A DNA stretch of 64,000 nucleotides from an uncultured Verrucomicrobiae bacterium (GCA_963706955.1 CAVPOC010000010.1:224001-288000), one strand, 5' to 3'; shown: positions 52,620 to 63,680, counted from the stretch's first letter. A program made the numbers and translations. The notes: generated by a model not told the origin, from the letters alone.

Positions 52620-53286
52620 CGTTAATCCGCTTACATGCCAATCGCATCAGAAGCGATATTTTTTTAACGGAACACACCCCGGCGCTTCGCGCCACCCCGT
52701 CTCGACAAACCGAAAGTCCAACCGAACGATATTCACGTGTTTGCCAACCAGCCTGGGAATACTGGAAAGTCGGAGCGCCAGTTAATGGAAGCAAGGCGGA
52801 CATTCGCGCGGAGGTGGAGGCTTTGACACTCCCATCGTTCCAGCCCGCCTGGAAAGTCGGTTCGTCGTTTGACGCGCGGAAGCCCAGGATGACTGCAGAA
52901 GGCCTGACGCGTCAAACCCTGCCAGCAGAGACGGGAGGGGGGTTCTACGGCGAGGCAATACGCGGCCGGAGCGCGCCAACTCTTACAGAACCCGCATCCT
53001 CTAACCAGAGTCGAGCATTGATAAAATCTACTCTAAACTGCTTGTGTGACAGCTCAACAGGTCTAGAGGAACTGCTCCGGGAACGGCCGGAACGTCTGGC
53101 CAAACCGAACGCGCCGCCGCAGGGCGCTTCGGTAAAGGAGCGCGAACTGTCGCGATTGTAATGCTCGCCATTGAAAAAGGAGCTGGGTGACAACGCAAAA
53201 GATGCAGGCTAGCTTGGAGACTAATATCTAGTCCACGTCAATCACATGGCGCTTAACGGCCCCTGTGCAACGTTAAGAATACAAGC

Positions 53287-53493
53287 ATGATTATCCTTTT
53301 CTTCTTAGAAATAGTGATAGCAGGTGCTTTCCTTGGCTCGCTCATGCTTGCTCTATTGAAAAACCTTCAGCCCGAACGCACCGGATTGATCAATCGGTGG
53401 CATTACTTTTTTTGGCATTTTTGGATCCCGAGACTCATTCCCTGGACTCTGGTAATTCTTATTCTCTTCTTTGCCAGAATTCTCATGCTATGA
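53287..53493 (+). CDS. Small AT-rich two-TM protein, cassette-like
   Basis: Hydrophobic 68 aa; preceded by GTTAAGAAT and followed by near-complement ATTCTTATC. Confidence 0.5.
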   Translation: MIILFFLEIVIAGAFLGSLMLALLKNLQPERTGLINRWHYFFWHFWIPRLIPWTLVILILFFARILML

Positions 53494-53680
53494 AGATTCT
53501 TATCGTTTTGACATTCACGCCAATTCGCTTGCCTTGCCGGCAGGCGATTCTCGCCGCCGAAACCCGGGACGGGCCGCCAAGTTGGGCGACAGACAGGTGG
53601 TTCCTCCAGCCCCTACACTCGCCGTGCAGATGTCGCTGGGATCAGATCTTGACCTATGACATTTCCGCGTGCAGTGGGAT

Positions 53681-53874
53681 GGGGTCGGTCCTATAATTTA
53701 CACATGCCGGCACGGGTTGGCTTGCATGCTCTCCTTAACTTCCTCAGGGAAGCGAGTAGGAAATCGATTGTCTTCGTTGCCAATCGCTCCTGCAAACGCC
53801 AAATTCGGCTTCGCAGCGATCTCTCGGGTAGCCATCTACTGCTATCGGCGCATAAGGATGTATAATATAGGACT
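53681..53874 (+). repeat. ~200-bp element copy F (right end clipped)
   Basis: ggggtcggtcctataatttacacatgccggcacgggttg...tataggact; very similar to copy A. Confidence 0.92.
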
Positions 53875-54039
53875 TCTCTGAAAGAATGTGAAAGTGGCTG
53901 TCAAGGGCGAATTTCCAAGCGAAGTGCTAGCTAAGGGACGTGCGAAGACTAAGGGCGAAAAAATAGCATATTCTGCTCCAGCAGAGGCTAGGGATCAGCC
54001 TGGGGGACTGCTGCCCCGATGCAACAAATGGCTGCGCTG

Positions 54040-54529
54040 GGCATCTCTTTGAGGTCTCGGGTGGCCTTCCCGCAGATGTGCACCTTTGCAATCAGGTTGG
54101 CGCGCAGCAGATCGGCCAGAATGCGGGCATCCACCTTGTCGGTCTTGATCTGCGCCTCGGCGATAATGCGGGTCTTAAATGGATTGGCTAACACGATGTC
54201 CTCTCGCGGCATCACCTCTTCCAGAATCTCAATCAACCAGTGCCAGTTCATGCAGGCCTCAAAGACCACCCGACATCCAGGCCATCGTCGCACCAGCCAA
54301 ACAAATTGCTCCGGGCAGAGGTGATCGATGCGTCCCCTTTCCAGAATCATTCCCTGCGCGTCGAGCACACAGAAGACACTCTAGCGCTTGTGATAGTCGA
54401 TGCCGATGAAGCTCAACTCCGCTTTGAGGATAGGTTGTGTTTTCATCACACAATCTACACCCCTCGATTTTATGCAGCTCCCCAGACCATCCCGCCCGCA
54501 GATTAAGCTTCTATCAGCCTTTCATGTCG
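54040..54529 (-). mobile_element. IS110-family element, 5' half only, with internal stop (TAG at 54383-54381)
   Basis: ATG 54446 MKTQPILKAELSFIGIDYHKR*, VVFEACMNW, LANP, IKTDKVDARILA; end abuts GGGGTCAGGC. Confidence 0.9.
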
Positions 54530-54555
54530 CCTGACCCCCGTGCTGCCGCCACGAG

Positions 54556-55356
54556 CTACGGTCGCTCCGACAGCACCAGATTGCGGATGTGCGAAGCGAC
54601 GCCAACTATATCCGGGAAGATACTCAACTCATTGAGGCTGGAAAACTGTAAGAACTCTAGCGCACCCCTTCTCGCCGACTTAGGTAGCAGCACTTTCCGA
54701 ACACAGCTGGGACACTGTTCTTCCAGGCTACGTTCGTCATCACCATGGATCGTGAACATTCCTCGCTGAGCGAATAGTCTTCCGTTTTGAAACGGCGGAT
54801 CTAGAGCGATCGGCAAGCGCGGAGCAAACGGCTCCTTCTTCCAGTATACGGAGCGGTAAGAGAAGCTCGGGTCGTCTGCATGCTTGAGTTGCGGCGTGCC
54901 AGTGGCTAGACGATTGAGCGCCATCGGGTCGAGGACATACACAGCAGCCTCGGATGGCTCTGTGCCCAAGGCGAAGAACACAGCCACGCCGAGCGTCTCG
55001 GTCCAATCCAAGAGTCGGGTCGGGATACCGTAGTGCTGCATGTCGAACACGGTTTCCCAGTCGGACTCGCGCGCCTTCAGCAAGTAGGTAGCGGCCTGAC
55101 GATACTTGTGAAACAGCTCCTGCTCTTTGCTTAGACCTCGGGATGTCCGAAGCAAGGACGGGAATAGTGAATACGTACTATGCCAGTGCCCTCGGTACCA
55201 TACTGTCGCCGGGTTCTTGAGCTGTGCACGGGCGTTCCTGATTCCGGAAAGGAAGACATCCCATGATTCACCTGCTTCTGAGCTACTGCGGTTGTCTCGC
55301 CGCCCGGACCTATCCATCGATCGTGGCATTTTGCTGCTCCCTGTTTCTGACAACAT
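54556..55356 (-). CDS. FRG-domain protein
   Basis: WYRGH, LFPSLLR, MQHYGIPTRLLDWT, VAVFFA, RLFAQRGMFT. Confidence 0.9.
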   Translation of the reverse strand: MLSETGSSKMPRSMDRSGRRDNRSSSEAGESWDVFLSGIRNARAQLKNPATVWYRGHWHSTYSLFPSLLRTSRGLSKEQELFHKYRQAATYLLKARESDWETVFDMQHYGIPTRLLDWTETLGVAVFFALGTEPSEAAVYVLDPMALNRLATGTPQLKHADDPSFSYRSVYWKKEPFAPRLPIALDPPFQNGRLFAQRGMFTIHGDDERSLEEQCPSCVRKVLLPKSARRGALEFLQFSSLNELSIFPDIVGVASHIRNLVLSERP

Positions 55357-55466
55357 AACGCCTAACAAGCAAAATGGAAGAGGTCCGCCTGGGAAATTCC
55401 GACCATTAACGCAGCGATGGCCGCTGTGAGGTTTTTCTTTGGGGGGAAATAAGCCGGAGTGCAGAT

Positions 55467-55665
55467 GGGGTCGGTCCTATAATTTACATGTCGCCGCGCG
55501 CATTAGCTTTGCATGCCCTTCTTTACCTCTTCACGGGGAGAACTAGGCGATCGAATACCTTCGTTGCTAATCACTCCTTCAAACGCCAGGCTCGGCATGG
55601 TAGCGATCTCACCACGGCCATCTAATTTCATCGCAGAATAGAGGTGAAATTATGGGGCTGACCCC
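55467..55665 (+). repeat. ~200-bp element copy G (most diverged)
   Basis: ggggtcggtcctataatttac...ttatggggctgacccc with recognisable core. Confidence 0.8.
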
Positions 55666-55819
55666 TGTAATGACGCGAGTGAGCGCACACGACATTGCCG
55701 GCCTGCGGCGGCATTCACTCTCTACCCATCGGAGTTTGTCTTTAGCAGCTCATATGGGCTTGCCTGCTGTGGGATTCTGTACGGTATAGGACCTTCATCG
55801 CCTGCCCTGGTGATTCTAT

Positions 55820-56173
55820 TTAGAGTTTGATCTTGATGATAAAACCATCCCCCGTCGGACGGCTGTTACCTGAGGCGCTGGCTTGCGTACCCAGCCCATA
55901 GCCACCATCCATCGAAGCAAGCGGGCCCGGATAGACCTGATTCGGATAGGCAGGAGGCGGGCTCGGATAGGTGGGATAGGTCGGCGATTGACGGTTATTA
56001 CCGGTTACTCCTCCCGGCATCTTATCAGGCTTTAATTCGATGGTGCAACCGGTTAGCAGGGCCAATACGATAATGCCAAGAATATGTGCCGCGCGAGCTA
56101 GGGACCGCTGTGGAAGACGACCAAGAAGACTCCTTTGATTCTTCAGTTGGCACATTGCGTTTAGTATTCTCAT
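55820..56173 (-). CDS. Putative proline-rich lipoprotein
   Basis: RBS GAAGGAG; hydrophobic stretch ending in lipobox-like LTGC; P/Y-rich body. Confidence 0.5.
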   Translation of the reverse strand: MRILNAMCQLKNQRSLLGRLPQRSLARAAHILGIIVLALLTGCTIELKPDKMPGGVTGNNRQSPTYPTYPSPPPAYPNQVYPGPLASMDGGYGLGTQASASGNSRPTGDGFIIKIKL

Positions 56174-57295
56174 TACTACTCCTTCTGTTAACTTTGCTAA
56201 GGAATGCTGTCTGCCGGAGTTCATGAGCGGAGCGACCGCTTTGTTCAAGAGGCTCGCTAATGGTTCTGCCCGTTCTATGTCGTTCCTCCCAGCGTGGTTA
56301 GCATTGCTTTATTAGTTTCCGAATTCATCGGCGTTCACATGGTTACAAAGGCATTTTCAAGGTCTGGTTTCATGTTATTTGGCAAGGGTCTTGCTGCTCG
56401 TTTTCCGCGGCGGCTAAATGTCGCGAACGCCGTCACCCGCGACAGCGCACAAGGCTGCCATAAGCCCAAGCGGGCTGCGCTCCACCACATCCGATTTCTT
56501 CAGGGTATGGCAACAATTTACCATTCCACCCAGGCTCTCGTGGCTGGGCGACCTTGATGCCAACTAATCGGCTCCGAGTGCGTCATCTACACCGCCCTTA
56601 ACGAAAAACGGCGACGCTTTACGAAGGCGGCGAAGAGTTGTCGCTAGGCAGGAACTCGTTGAGGCTATCCGAACACGATGACAGATAGATTCACCCCTTC
56701 TCCCTTTTTGCTTTCGCCTTACAGGCTACTAGCAAACTTTGTGTTATTTATATACCACGGGCGCACCGTTGATCGTCTTTTCGTTACCAACCGATTATTA
56801 TGGCGAGGGGCCGCGCCCACCTCGCCCTCCTTGGCGCTATTCGCCATCAGCATCAATGTGTACGGGTATTCGTTTGCACGTGACGTTACGGGTCTCTGCT
56901 AACGACTTGGTATCCTCAGGTTCCGACTGATTTGGAGGATGCAATCTTGAGCGGGTTATCACTCGCCAATTGCATCCCTCCGTTCCGGCCACGACTTATA
57001 CCGCTCCAAGCGGAGACTGGTTTGGCCGTCGAATTGGATATGATTTCCCGTGCTCGTGAGGGAGATTGCCTGGCGGAGTGGAAGTGGCAGGATCCGCTGT
57101 GCCTTTGGCCAAGCCGCCTTGACGTCGAGGTAAAACGTAGTTGCCGGCAGGAATCCGCACATATAAAGGGTCCTTTGTTAGCTGGTCCGGAGGATGCCTG
57201 AAGTAGCCTGAATCTCCAGCTTGAAGCGTCCCGGAAAGACGCATTCCCGGGAATGCACGGTTGAAATTTCCGCCATCTCGGCCAAGTAGGCCATC

Positions 57296-57547
57296 TTAGC
57301 GCATCGGAAAGTTAAGTGTGATACGGCTTCCGGCATCGACCGTGATTGTGCGTGATTGCGATGCAAAGCCGTCCGCGTAACACGCAACGCGATAAATCCC
57401 TGCAACAGGCGCGGTCAGACTGAATGTGCCGTTCGCCGCCGTCAGCGCGGCGATATCTGGAAGAGGTATAGGACTCTCGACGAAGGAGATCCGAGCTCCC
57501 GCGACTGCGCGACCCTTTAGATCGCGCACGGTGCCGGTGATCACCAT
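57296..57547 (-). CDS. Carboxypeptidase-regulatory-like beta-sandwich protein
   Basis: ITGTVRD..G..VAGA.I...ALT..NG.F.L....G.Y.V...ADGF. Confidence 0.85.
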   Translation of the reverse strand: MVITGTVRDLKGRAVAGARISFVESPIPLPDIAALTAANGTFSLTAPVAGIYRVACYADGFASQSRTITVDAGSRITLNFPMR

Positions 57548-57559
57548 AGGACTTCAATC

Positions 57560-58516
57560 CTAGGCTTTCCAGGCAACCATATTGTTATAGACGTCCTGCA
57601 CGATACGGGTAGCTGAGTTCGTGGTCGCTCCCCCGTAGGCGTGCATGCCCATTGCGAAGGGATTTCCGTTGATCTCTCGGTAAAGGGCGCTTCCGCTTTG
57701 ACCGCCAAAACTGTCAATATCGTAGAAGATTTTGCGGCCATTTACAGACGCAATCTTGTGGTGGTCATACCACTGTGTGCCGGCTGGCTTATCACCAGGA
57801 TATCCCGAGATGTTACCAGTGGAAGCCACGATATCAGCATCCGAATAGAGGCCAAAGCCGAACCACCCGACGGTGTCCCCGAGATTTGTTGGGACGATAA
57901 TGGCGCCGTAATCGAAGTTTTCGTCACCGCTAGGGCTGTTGGTCCACCCCGTCACGGAACGGAAGTTGTTGCTCATGACCGATCCAAAGGGAAGGGATGC
58001 GCCGTTGCGACCCGGCATGACGTTTATGTTTTTAACCCAGCCGTCGCGTCCGGGCACTCCGCTGCCCTTGATGAATACGACGTGTCCGGCGGTGACAAGC
58101 GTATGGGGTCCGATAAACCATCCTGTCCCGATCCATTGTGAATTGTCTGCTGCGGTGATTAGCAGCGAGGCATGTACGCACCAAGGATAACCAGGGGTAT
58201 TGGTGATCTGCACCCGATTATCTGGGCCATGAACAGTCCTTGCAAGCGGCTGGGGCTCGCCGAAGGAAGCCTCGCCGATGTCCCGCAGTTGTCCAGTGTG
58301 GGGTGCCGTGAATAGTTCGCTGAGCATGCCGACCGTCTTCTCGTGACCTTTAACCTCCTCCATCCCCTCATGCACTCGATTGGAGTGCCCCGCGGATCCC
58401 ACCGAACCCGGCTGGCTGATTGATGTGTGCATCTTCTCTACCGCCTCGTATCCAGGATGGTTGGCAACCGGCGCATGTAGGTTTTGGACTTTGTCGGACT
58501 GTGATATTGTAGACAT
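57560..58516 (-). CDS. Trypsin-like (V8/glutamyl endopeptidase-type) serine protease
   Basis: GTGWFIG, VTAGH (His), FDYG (Asp), SGYPGD, GGQSGS (Ser); RBS AAGGA. Confidence 0.92.
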   Translation of the reverse strand: MSTISQSDKVQNLHAPVANHPGYEAVEKMHTSISQPGSVGSAGHSNRVHEGMEEVKGHEKTVGMLSELFTAPHTGQLRDIGEASFGEPQPLARTVHGPDNRVQITNTPGYPWCVHASLLITAADNSQWIGTGWFIGPHTLVTAGHVVFIKGSGVPGRDGWVKNINVMPGRNGASLPFGSVMSNNFRSVTGWTNSPSGDENFDYGAIIVPTNLGDTVGWFGFGLYSDADIVASTGNISGYPGDKPAGTQWYDHHKIASVNGRKIFYDIDSFGGQSGSALYREINGNPFAMGMHAYGGATTNSATRIVQDVYNNMVAWKA

Positions 58517-59411
58517 AATATTCCTTACTATTCTGTTTTGATTTGGTTTCCTCTTAGTGACTAGGGAAGAAAAGCGCGTAGGCGTATGGGATGTTTTCGA
58601 ATTGGTTTTGCGAACCGTGCTACCGGCTAAAGCATTCGATCTGGCCATATGATGATCCCGGAGGGATCATCTTGAAGCCTGTCGGCCGATCATGACACGT
58701 TGCCTTAGATAGCTACAACGGCATCGCATGCGTGAAGTTTCAAATTATCGCAGGAAATTCTATCCCACTGAGCATTCATTCTCCGAGGACATCCGGCCTC
58801 CTCTTTACCACGCGCCGAAGAGACACTTTGCTGGCAGATCCCGAAGGAGAGAACCAGGGACGGGAAACTGTGACGCTCCCAACAGGGAAACTACTTCAAT
58901 TGATCTTTCGGGGGTGGAGACTATGGATCGGGCCGGCAGTGAAGCGACCCTTACTGGCACCTCGCAGCCGCCAAAGTATGCGGGCAGCATCGACTGGTAG
59001 ACTAGGGTGTCCTCGTTAGGTGTGCTGGAGAACGAGGTCATGACGCATGTCGAGAGCTTGTTTTCCCGCTTCACGGTCACTGCCCGTTTTTCGGTGGACG
59101 TTACGAAATTAAATACCGCTCTTTCGCGGGCTGCGAAGTGAAGGGGAGCAGGAGTGAAGATCGTCATACTTGGGATGAGGCTTTCTGATTTGGGACTATT
59201 CGCGCGCTTCAGATGCTTGGCGAATGGAAAGGGGAGGTCCGCTCATTGCCGTCGACTTTTCCCGAATCTAAAAATGCTCGACGACTTCGCTTGGTCGTCG
59301 AGGAAAGAGATAGCGTAGCTGTGTATACGCGATTCGCGGTAAGTGGAGCTGCAAGATTAAGATCGTGCACTCACGCGGAAGATTTGCTTCAAATTTTGGC
59401 GTGGAACGAAT

Positions 59412-59554
59412 ACTTTAGCCCTGGGGGTGTTGACAGTTGAAGCAGAAACAGACCTCGGTGGGGAGCGACCGGTATCGATTTCATACGATTCAATGCAGTC
59501 TGGTGCTCTCGACCGAAACTCAGGCCCTGGGGCTTCAGCCCGAGCGGAGTGGAC
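59412..59554 (-). mobile_element. Possible non-autonomous IS200/IS605-type remnant (two end-like motifs)
   Basis: Minus strand GTCCACTCCGCTCGGGCTGAAGCCCC and GTCAACACCCCCAGGGCTAAAG, about 120 nt apart. Confidence 0.35.
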
Positions 59555-59870
59555 TCCACAAGATCTATCGGTATGGGCTTTACGCATATAAACGTCTCAG
59601 AGTTCACTCCCCCGAAAAGGCCCATGTTTTTACGCCCAGGTCTTTTATCCATGTTATTGCAGATAAGACACTAGGACGTGTTGATCCGCTCGTGGGCAGG
59701 CTTCGCTTTTTTTTGCAATATCCGCAAGGCTTGAAACACTACCTTCGACCTGCTGGCGCATATCTCGCGTCCCGTAGCGCTCTTGTTCCGCCTCACTTGC
59801 AAGGACGTGTTGCCGTGAACCGAGCAATCATCCCATGAACACCCACTCCCGAGGTAGGCGCAAGAGAGGG

Positions 59871-62800
59871 ATGCAGGTGGACTTATCCGCTCTGGAAACA
59901 TGTATTTGCCCTGTTTGCGATACTAAGTTTCAAGCTAGCAGGGACCGCCAATTCTGTCCTGCTTGTATGTTGCGCAGGGCTCTCGATGCCGGTGTTGAGT
60001 ATGAGACCTCCTCTTCTGAAGATATTCTTGAGCCGCCAGCCCAACAGGTGGGGCAACGTTTCGACCACTATGAACTAATAATGGACGAGCACGGACGACC
60101 GCTTGAGTTGGGTCGAGGTGCGATGGGAGTCACTTATAAGGCTTTTGATGTCAACCTTGGATGTGCTGTGACGCTGAAGTTGATTACGGAACGGCACCTC
60201 GGCGATGAAGTGGCTCGACTTCGTTTCTTGCGTGAAGCTCGGACAGCAGCCAGCATCCGTCACTCGAATGTTGCGTCTGTCTTCCATCTTGGGAAAACCG
60301 GCGAAAACTACTTCTATGCGATGGAGTTTGTGGAGGGAGAAACGCTCCACAGCCTTATTAAACGCTTAGGTCGGCTTGAGATAACGGTAGCCCTGGAAAT
60401 CGTCACGCAAGTCGCATCCGGTTTAGCTGCGGTGCACAAACAAAGGCTCGTCCATCGGGATATTAAGCCAAGCAATATCATGGTCCGGTTTGAGGACGAC
60501 GGCACCCTGATCGTGAAAATTATTGACCTTGGCTTGGCCAGAATTCTCACCGAGGCAACTTCTGAGAGCCCGCTGTCAAGTCCAGGCATCTTTGCTGGAA
60601 CCCCGGAATTTGCCAGTCCCGAGCAATTTGCAGGAATCGCTGTGGACATCCGTTCGGACCTATATTCGCTCGGTGCGACACTCTGGGAGATGGTAACTGG
60701 CCATCCGCTGTTTGCCGGCGCTGCTGCTGATATTATGTATCAGGCTCAGCACACGCCTTTACCGTTAGGGCAACTCCCAGCACTATCACAGCCCGTCGTT
60801 GCTCTGCTCGAGGTGCTCCTTGAGAAGGATCCGAAGCTGCGTTTTCAAAGCCCAGCCGAGCTTCTGAGAGCTCTGCCAATCGTAAAAAGCGCTATCGCTG
60901 AAGGTATTACGGTCACGCATCAGAGCTTGCGTCAGATGCCAACCGGACATGCCGGGGCCCTACCTCGCAATCTGATAAAAACGAGTCGCCCGGAAAAGAT
61001 TTCAGTAGCCAAACTGCCCATTACAGGAAGCCATCTTTTTGGGCGAGAGGAGGATATCGCTTTCCTCAATGGCGCGTGGGCGAGCGAAGATACTAATATC
61101 GTCACGATTGTGGCTTGGGCCGGTGTGGGCAAGTCCACGCTCATTAATCATTGGCTTCGAGCGATGGCTGCCCAGCACTATTGTTCGGCAGAGCTTGTCT
61201 TTGGCTGGTCCTTTTACAAACAAAGTAGCAGCGGAGGCACTTCGTCGGCCGATGAATTTCTTCATGCGGCGCTTGGTTGGTTTGGAGATCCGGATCCGCG
61301 CGTTGGAACAGCTTGGGAGAAAGGCGAACGATTGGCCAACCTGACTGCGGCTCGTCGAACACTACTGATTCTAGACGGCTTGGAGCCACTCCAATTCCGG
61401 CCCGGACCCCAAGAGGGCCGTCTCCGCGATTCTTCCATTCAGGCGCTGGTCTGCGAGCTGGCGGCATTCAACAAGGGGCTTTGCGTCATTACTACCCGGC
61501 TGCCAATTGCCGATATAGCAGATCACGAGCGCACATCAGCCTGGCGTCGCGATCTTGAACAATTAACCCATGAGGCAGGAGCGAGGCTGCTGCGAGCCTT
61601 GGGTGTCAAGGGACAGGAGACGGAACTGGAAAGCACCAGCGATGAATTTGGGGGCCATTGTCTTGCCCTGACGCTCCTCGGAAGCTACTTGACGGACGCC
61701 TACGATGGGGACGTCCGTTTCCGAAAGGAGGTCTCAGAACGTCTCACCCACGACGTGCGCCAGGGAGTTCACGCTCTAAAAGTGATGGAGTCTTACCAAA
61801 CCTGGTTTGGTGAGGGACGCGAGCTGGCATTGCTACGCATGTTAGGCTTATTTGACCGACCCGTTAGTGAGCATGTGCTTGAAGTCCTGCTGCAATCACC
61901 TGCTATCCCAGGCCTAACAGAGTGCTTAGCAGATTTGAGCCAGGGGGAGTGGCGAGCGATCCTTGCCAGATTGAGGAGGTCAAGACTGCTGGCGGAAGCC
62001 GATCCCCACAATCAAGGGCATCTCGACATGCATCCTTTGGTTCGTGAGTACTTTGGGGAACAGCTTCGGCGCCACCAAACTGAAGCTTGGAAGGAATGCA
62101 ACAGGCGGCTCTATCGTTTATTATCGAGCCCTTGCACCGCAGCTACCGGCTAACATCAGGGAGATGGAGCCGCTTTTCTTGGCCGTCATCTGCGGCTGCA
62201 ATGCCGGCTTGTTTCACGAAGCGCTCCACGAAGTTTATATTCCACGGATCCAGCGCGGAGAGTTTTCATTTTCCGCGAATGTTCTGGGAGCTAGAGGAGC
62301 GTTGCTCGCGGTGCTGGCCCATTTTTTCGAAGGTGGCCGTTGGGGTTCTCTCGTCCAAACGGGCGTCGAGGGCCAAGGTCTCACCGCGGAGGATCAACTC
62401 TTCATTCTCCTTCAGGCAGCGCTTAACATTACTGCCCTGCGTGAGTCAGCGCCGGAGGCCAAGACCTGCTACGAGCGCGCGGAGTCCTTGTGTCATTCCC
62501 TTGATCGGCCGCTTCTTCTGTATGTGGCACTGATGGGTCAATTGCGTTATTCAGTGGTCGCGGGCAAACTCGGGGCGGCGATGCCGCTCGCCAAACGGGT
62601 CTTCTCACTAGCGCAAGAGCAAAATGACCCCACGCTGATGATAGGAGCGTGTACGGCGGTGGGAGGAGCGCACTACTATTTGGGCGATTTTGAAACCGCG
62701 CGGCAGTACATTGGTCGTGCTCTGCAGATTTGGCGCTCAGGTGGCGTCCACTCCCCATTTCAAGAAGTCGACGCGCAACCTGTCGCCTGTCTGTCTAATG

Positions 62801-63465
62801 AAGCCCTCCTCGAGTGGCATTTTGCAGAGACCGCCTCCTGCCATGCGACCATGGCGGAGGCGATAGCACTGGCTAGGGAACTCAATGATATGCACGGACT
62901 AGCTGTCGCACTAGGTTATGCAGCGCAGCTTGCCTATTTTGAGCGTAGCGCTGCGGAGTTGGAACAATTAGCCTCGGAGTTGACTGAGCTCGCCACTCGG
63001 CACAGTTTTGCCCACTGGCGGGCTATCGGAGAGGTTTTTCGTGGCTGGACGCGCAGCGCCACCGGGAACACCGCGGAAGGCCTCCTTTTGATCGAAGAGG
63101 GCATGGAGGACTACCGCGCAACCGGATCAATCGTGTGGGTGCCGCTCTTCCTGGCCCTCAAGGCTGAGGCCCTCCGCCTCGCCGGTCAGACCTCGGAGGC
63201 TCTCCAGGCGATAACGGAAGCGGAGCGACTGGTCGAAAGATCTGAAGCGAACTGCTGGTCGGCCGAGTTGTCTCTGCTTCGCGGTGTCGTTCTCACGGAG
63301 ATGGGTGCCGACGACGCCCAGATCGAGGCTGCGTTCTCGGCAGCCATCCGGACCGCAGAGCAGCAAAAGTCGATTTCTTTGCTCAATCGCGCGAAAGCAA
63401 CCTCCGCAGAATACCGCAACCAAAGAATTCGAGCGAAAGAATCACGGCTTCCGACTGCCTCCTAA
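59871..63465 (+). CDS. Ser/Thr kinase - P-loop (STAND-like) ATPase - TPR protein, +1 frameshift at the T-run 62117-62119
   Basis: C-terminal to a CxxC...CxxC motif: LGRGAMG, HRDIKPSN, DLG, SPE; WAGVGKS Walker A, LILDGLE Walker B, HPLVREYF; TPR helices continue in the next frame. Confidence 0.9.
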
Positions 63466-63680
63466 GCTTAGTTTTAATTCGACCGGGTCCCGGACTTGTG
63501 ATAACCGGTTTTGGTAGCGTCTCCCGCTTAGAGCTCAGGGTCTTTATCTCAGGACAAGGAAAAACGAGCGCTTACACGAATATATCAAATACCGAAAGAC
63601 TTTTCCGAAAGACGAAGGCGAAGCAGTCTGTTGTGGCACCCCAGAGCTCGTCGAACTCGGGAGTGGCGAGGTCCTGGTCT

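Noticed and set aside
53496..53620. Second group II intron after the small cassette-like ORF
   Set aside because: No DV/DVI motif is recognisable on either strand.
53695..53835. 45-aa minus-strand ORF (MATREIAAKPNLAF...) and plus-strand PANAKFGFAAISRV ORFs inside the repeat
   Set aside because: Indels break these frames differently in copies A, B, C and E, so there is no sign of coding selection.
38541..55665. The recurring 200-bp element as a CRISPR array
   Set aside because: Units are far too long, spacing is kilobases and irregular, and no cas genes are present.
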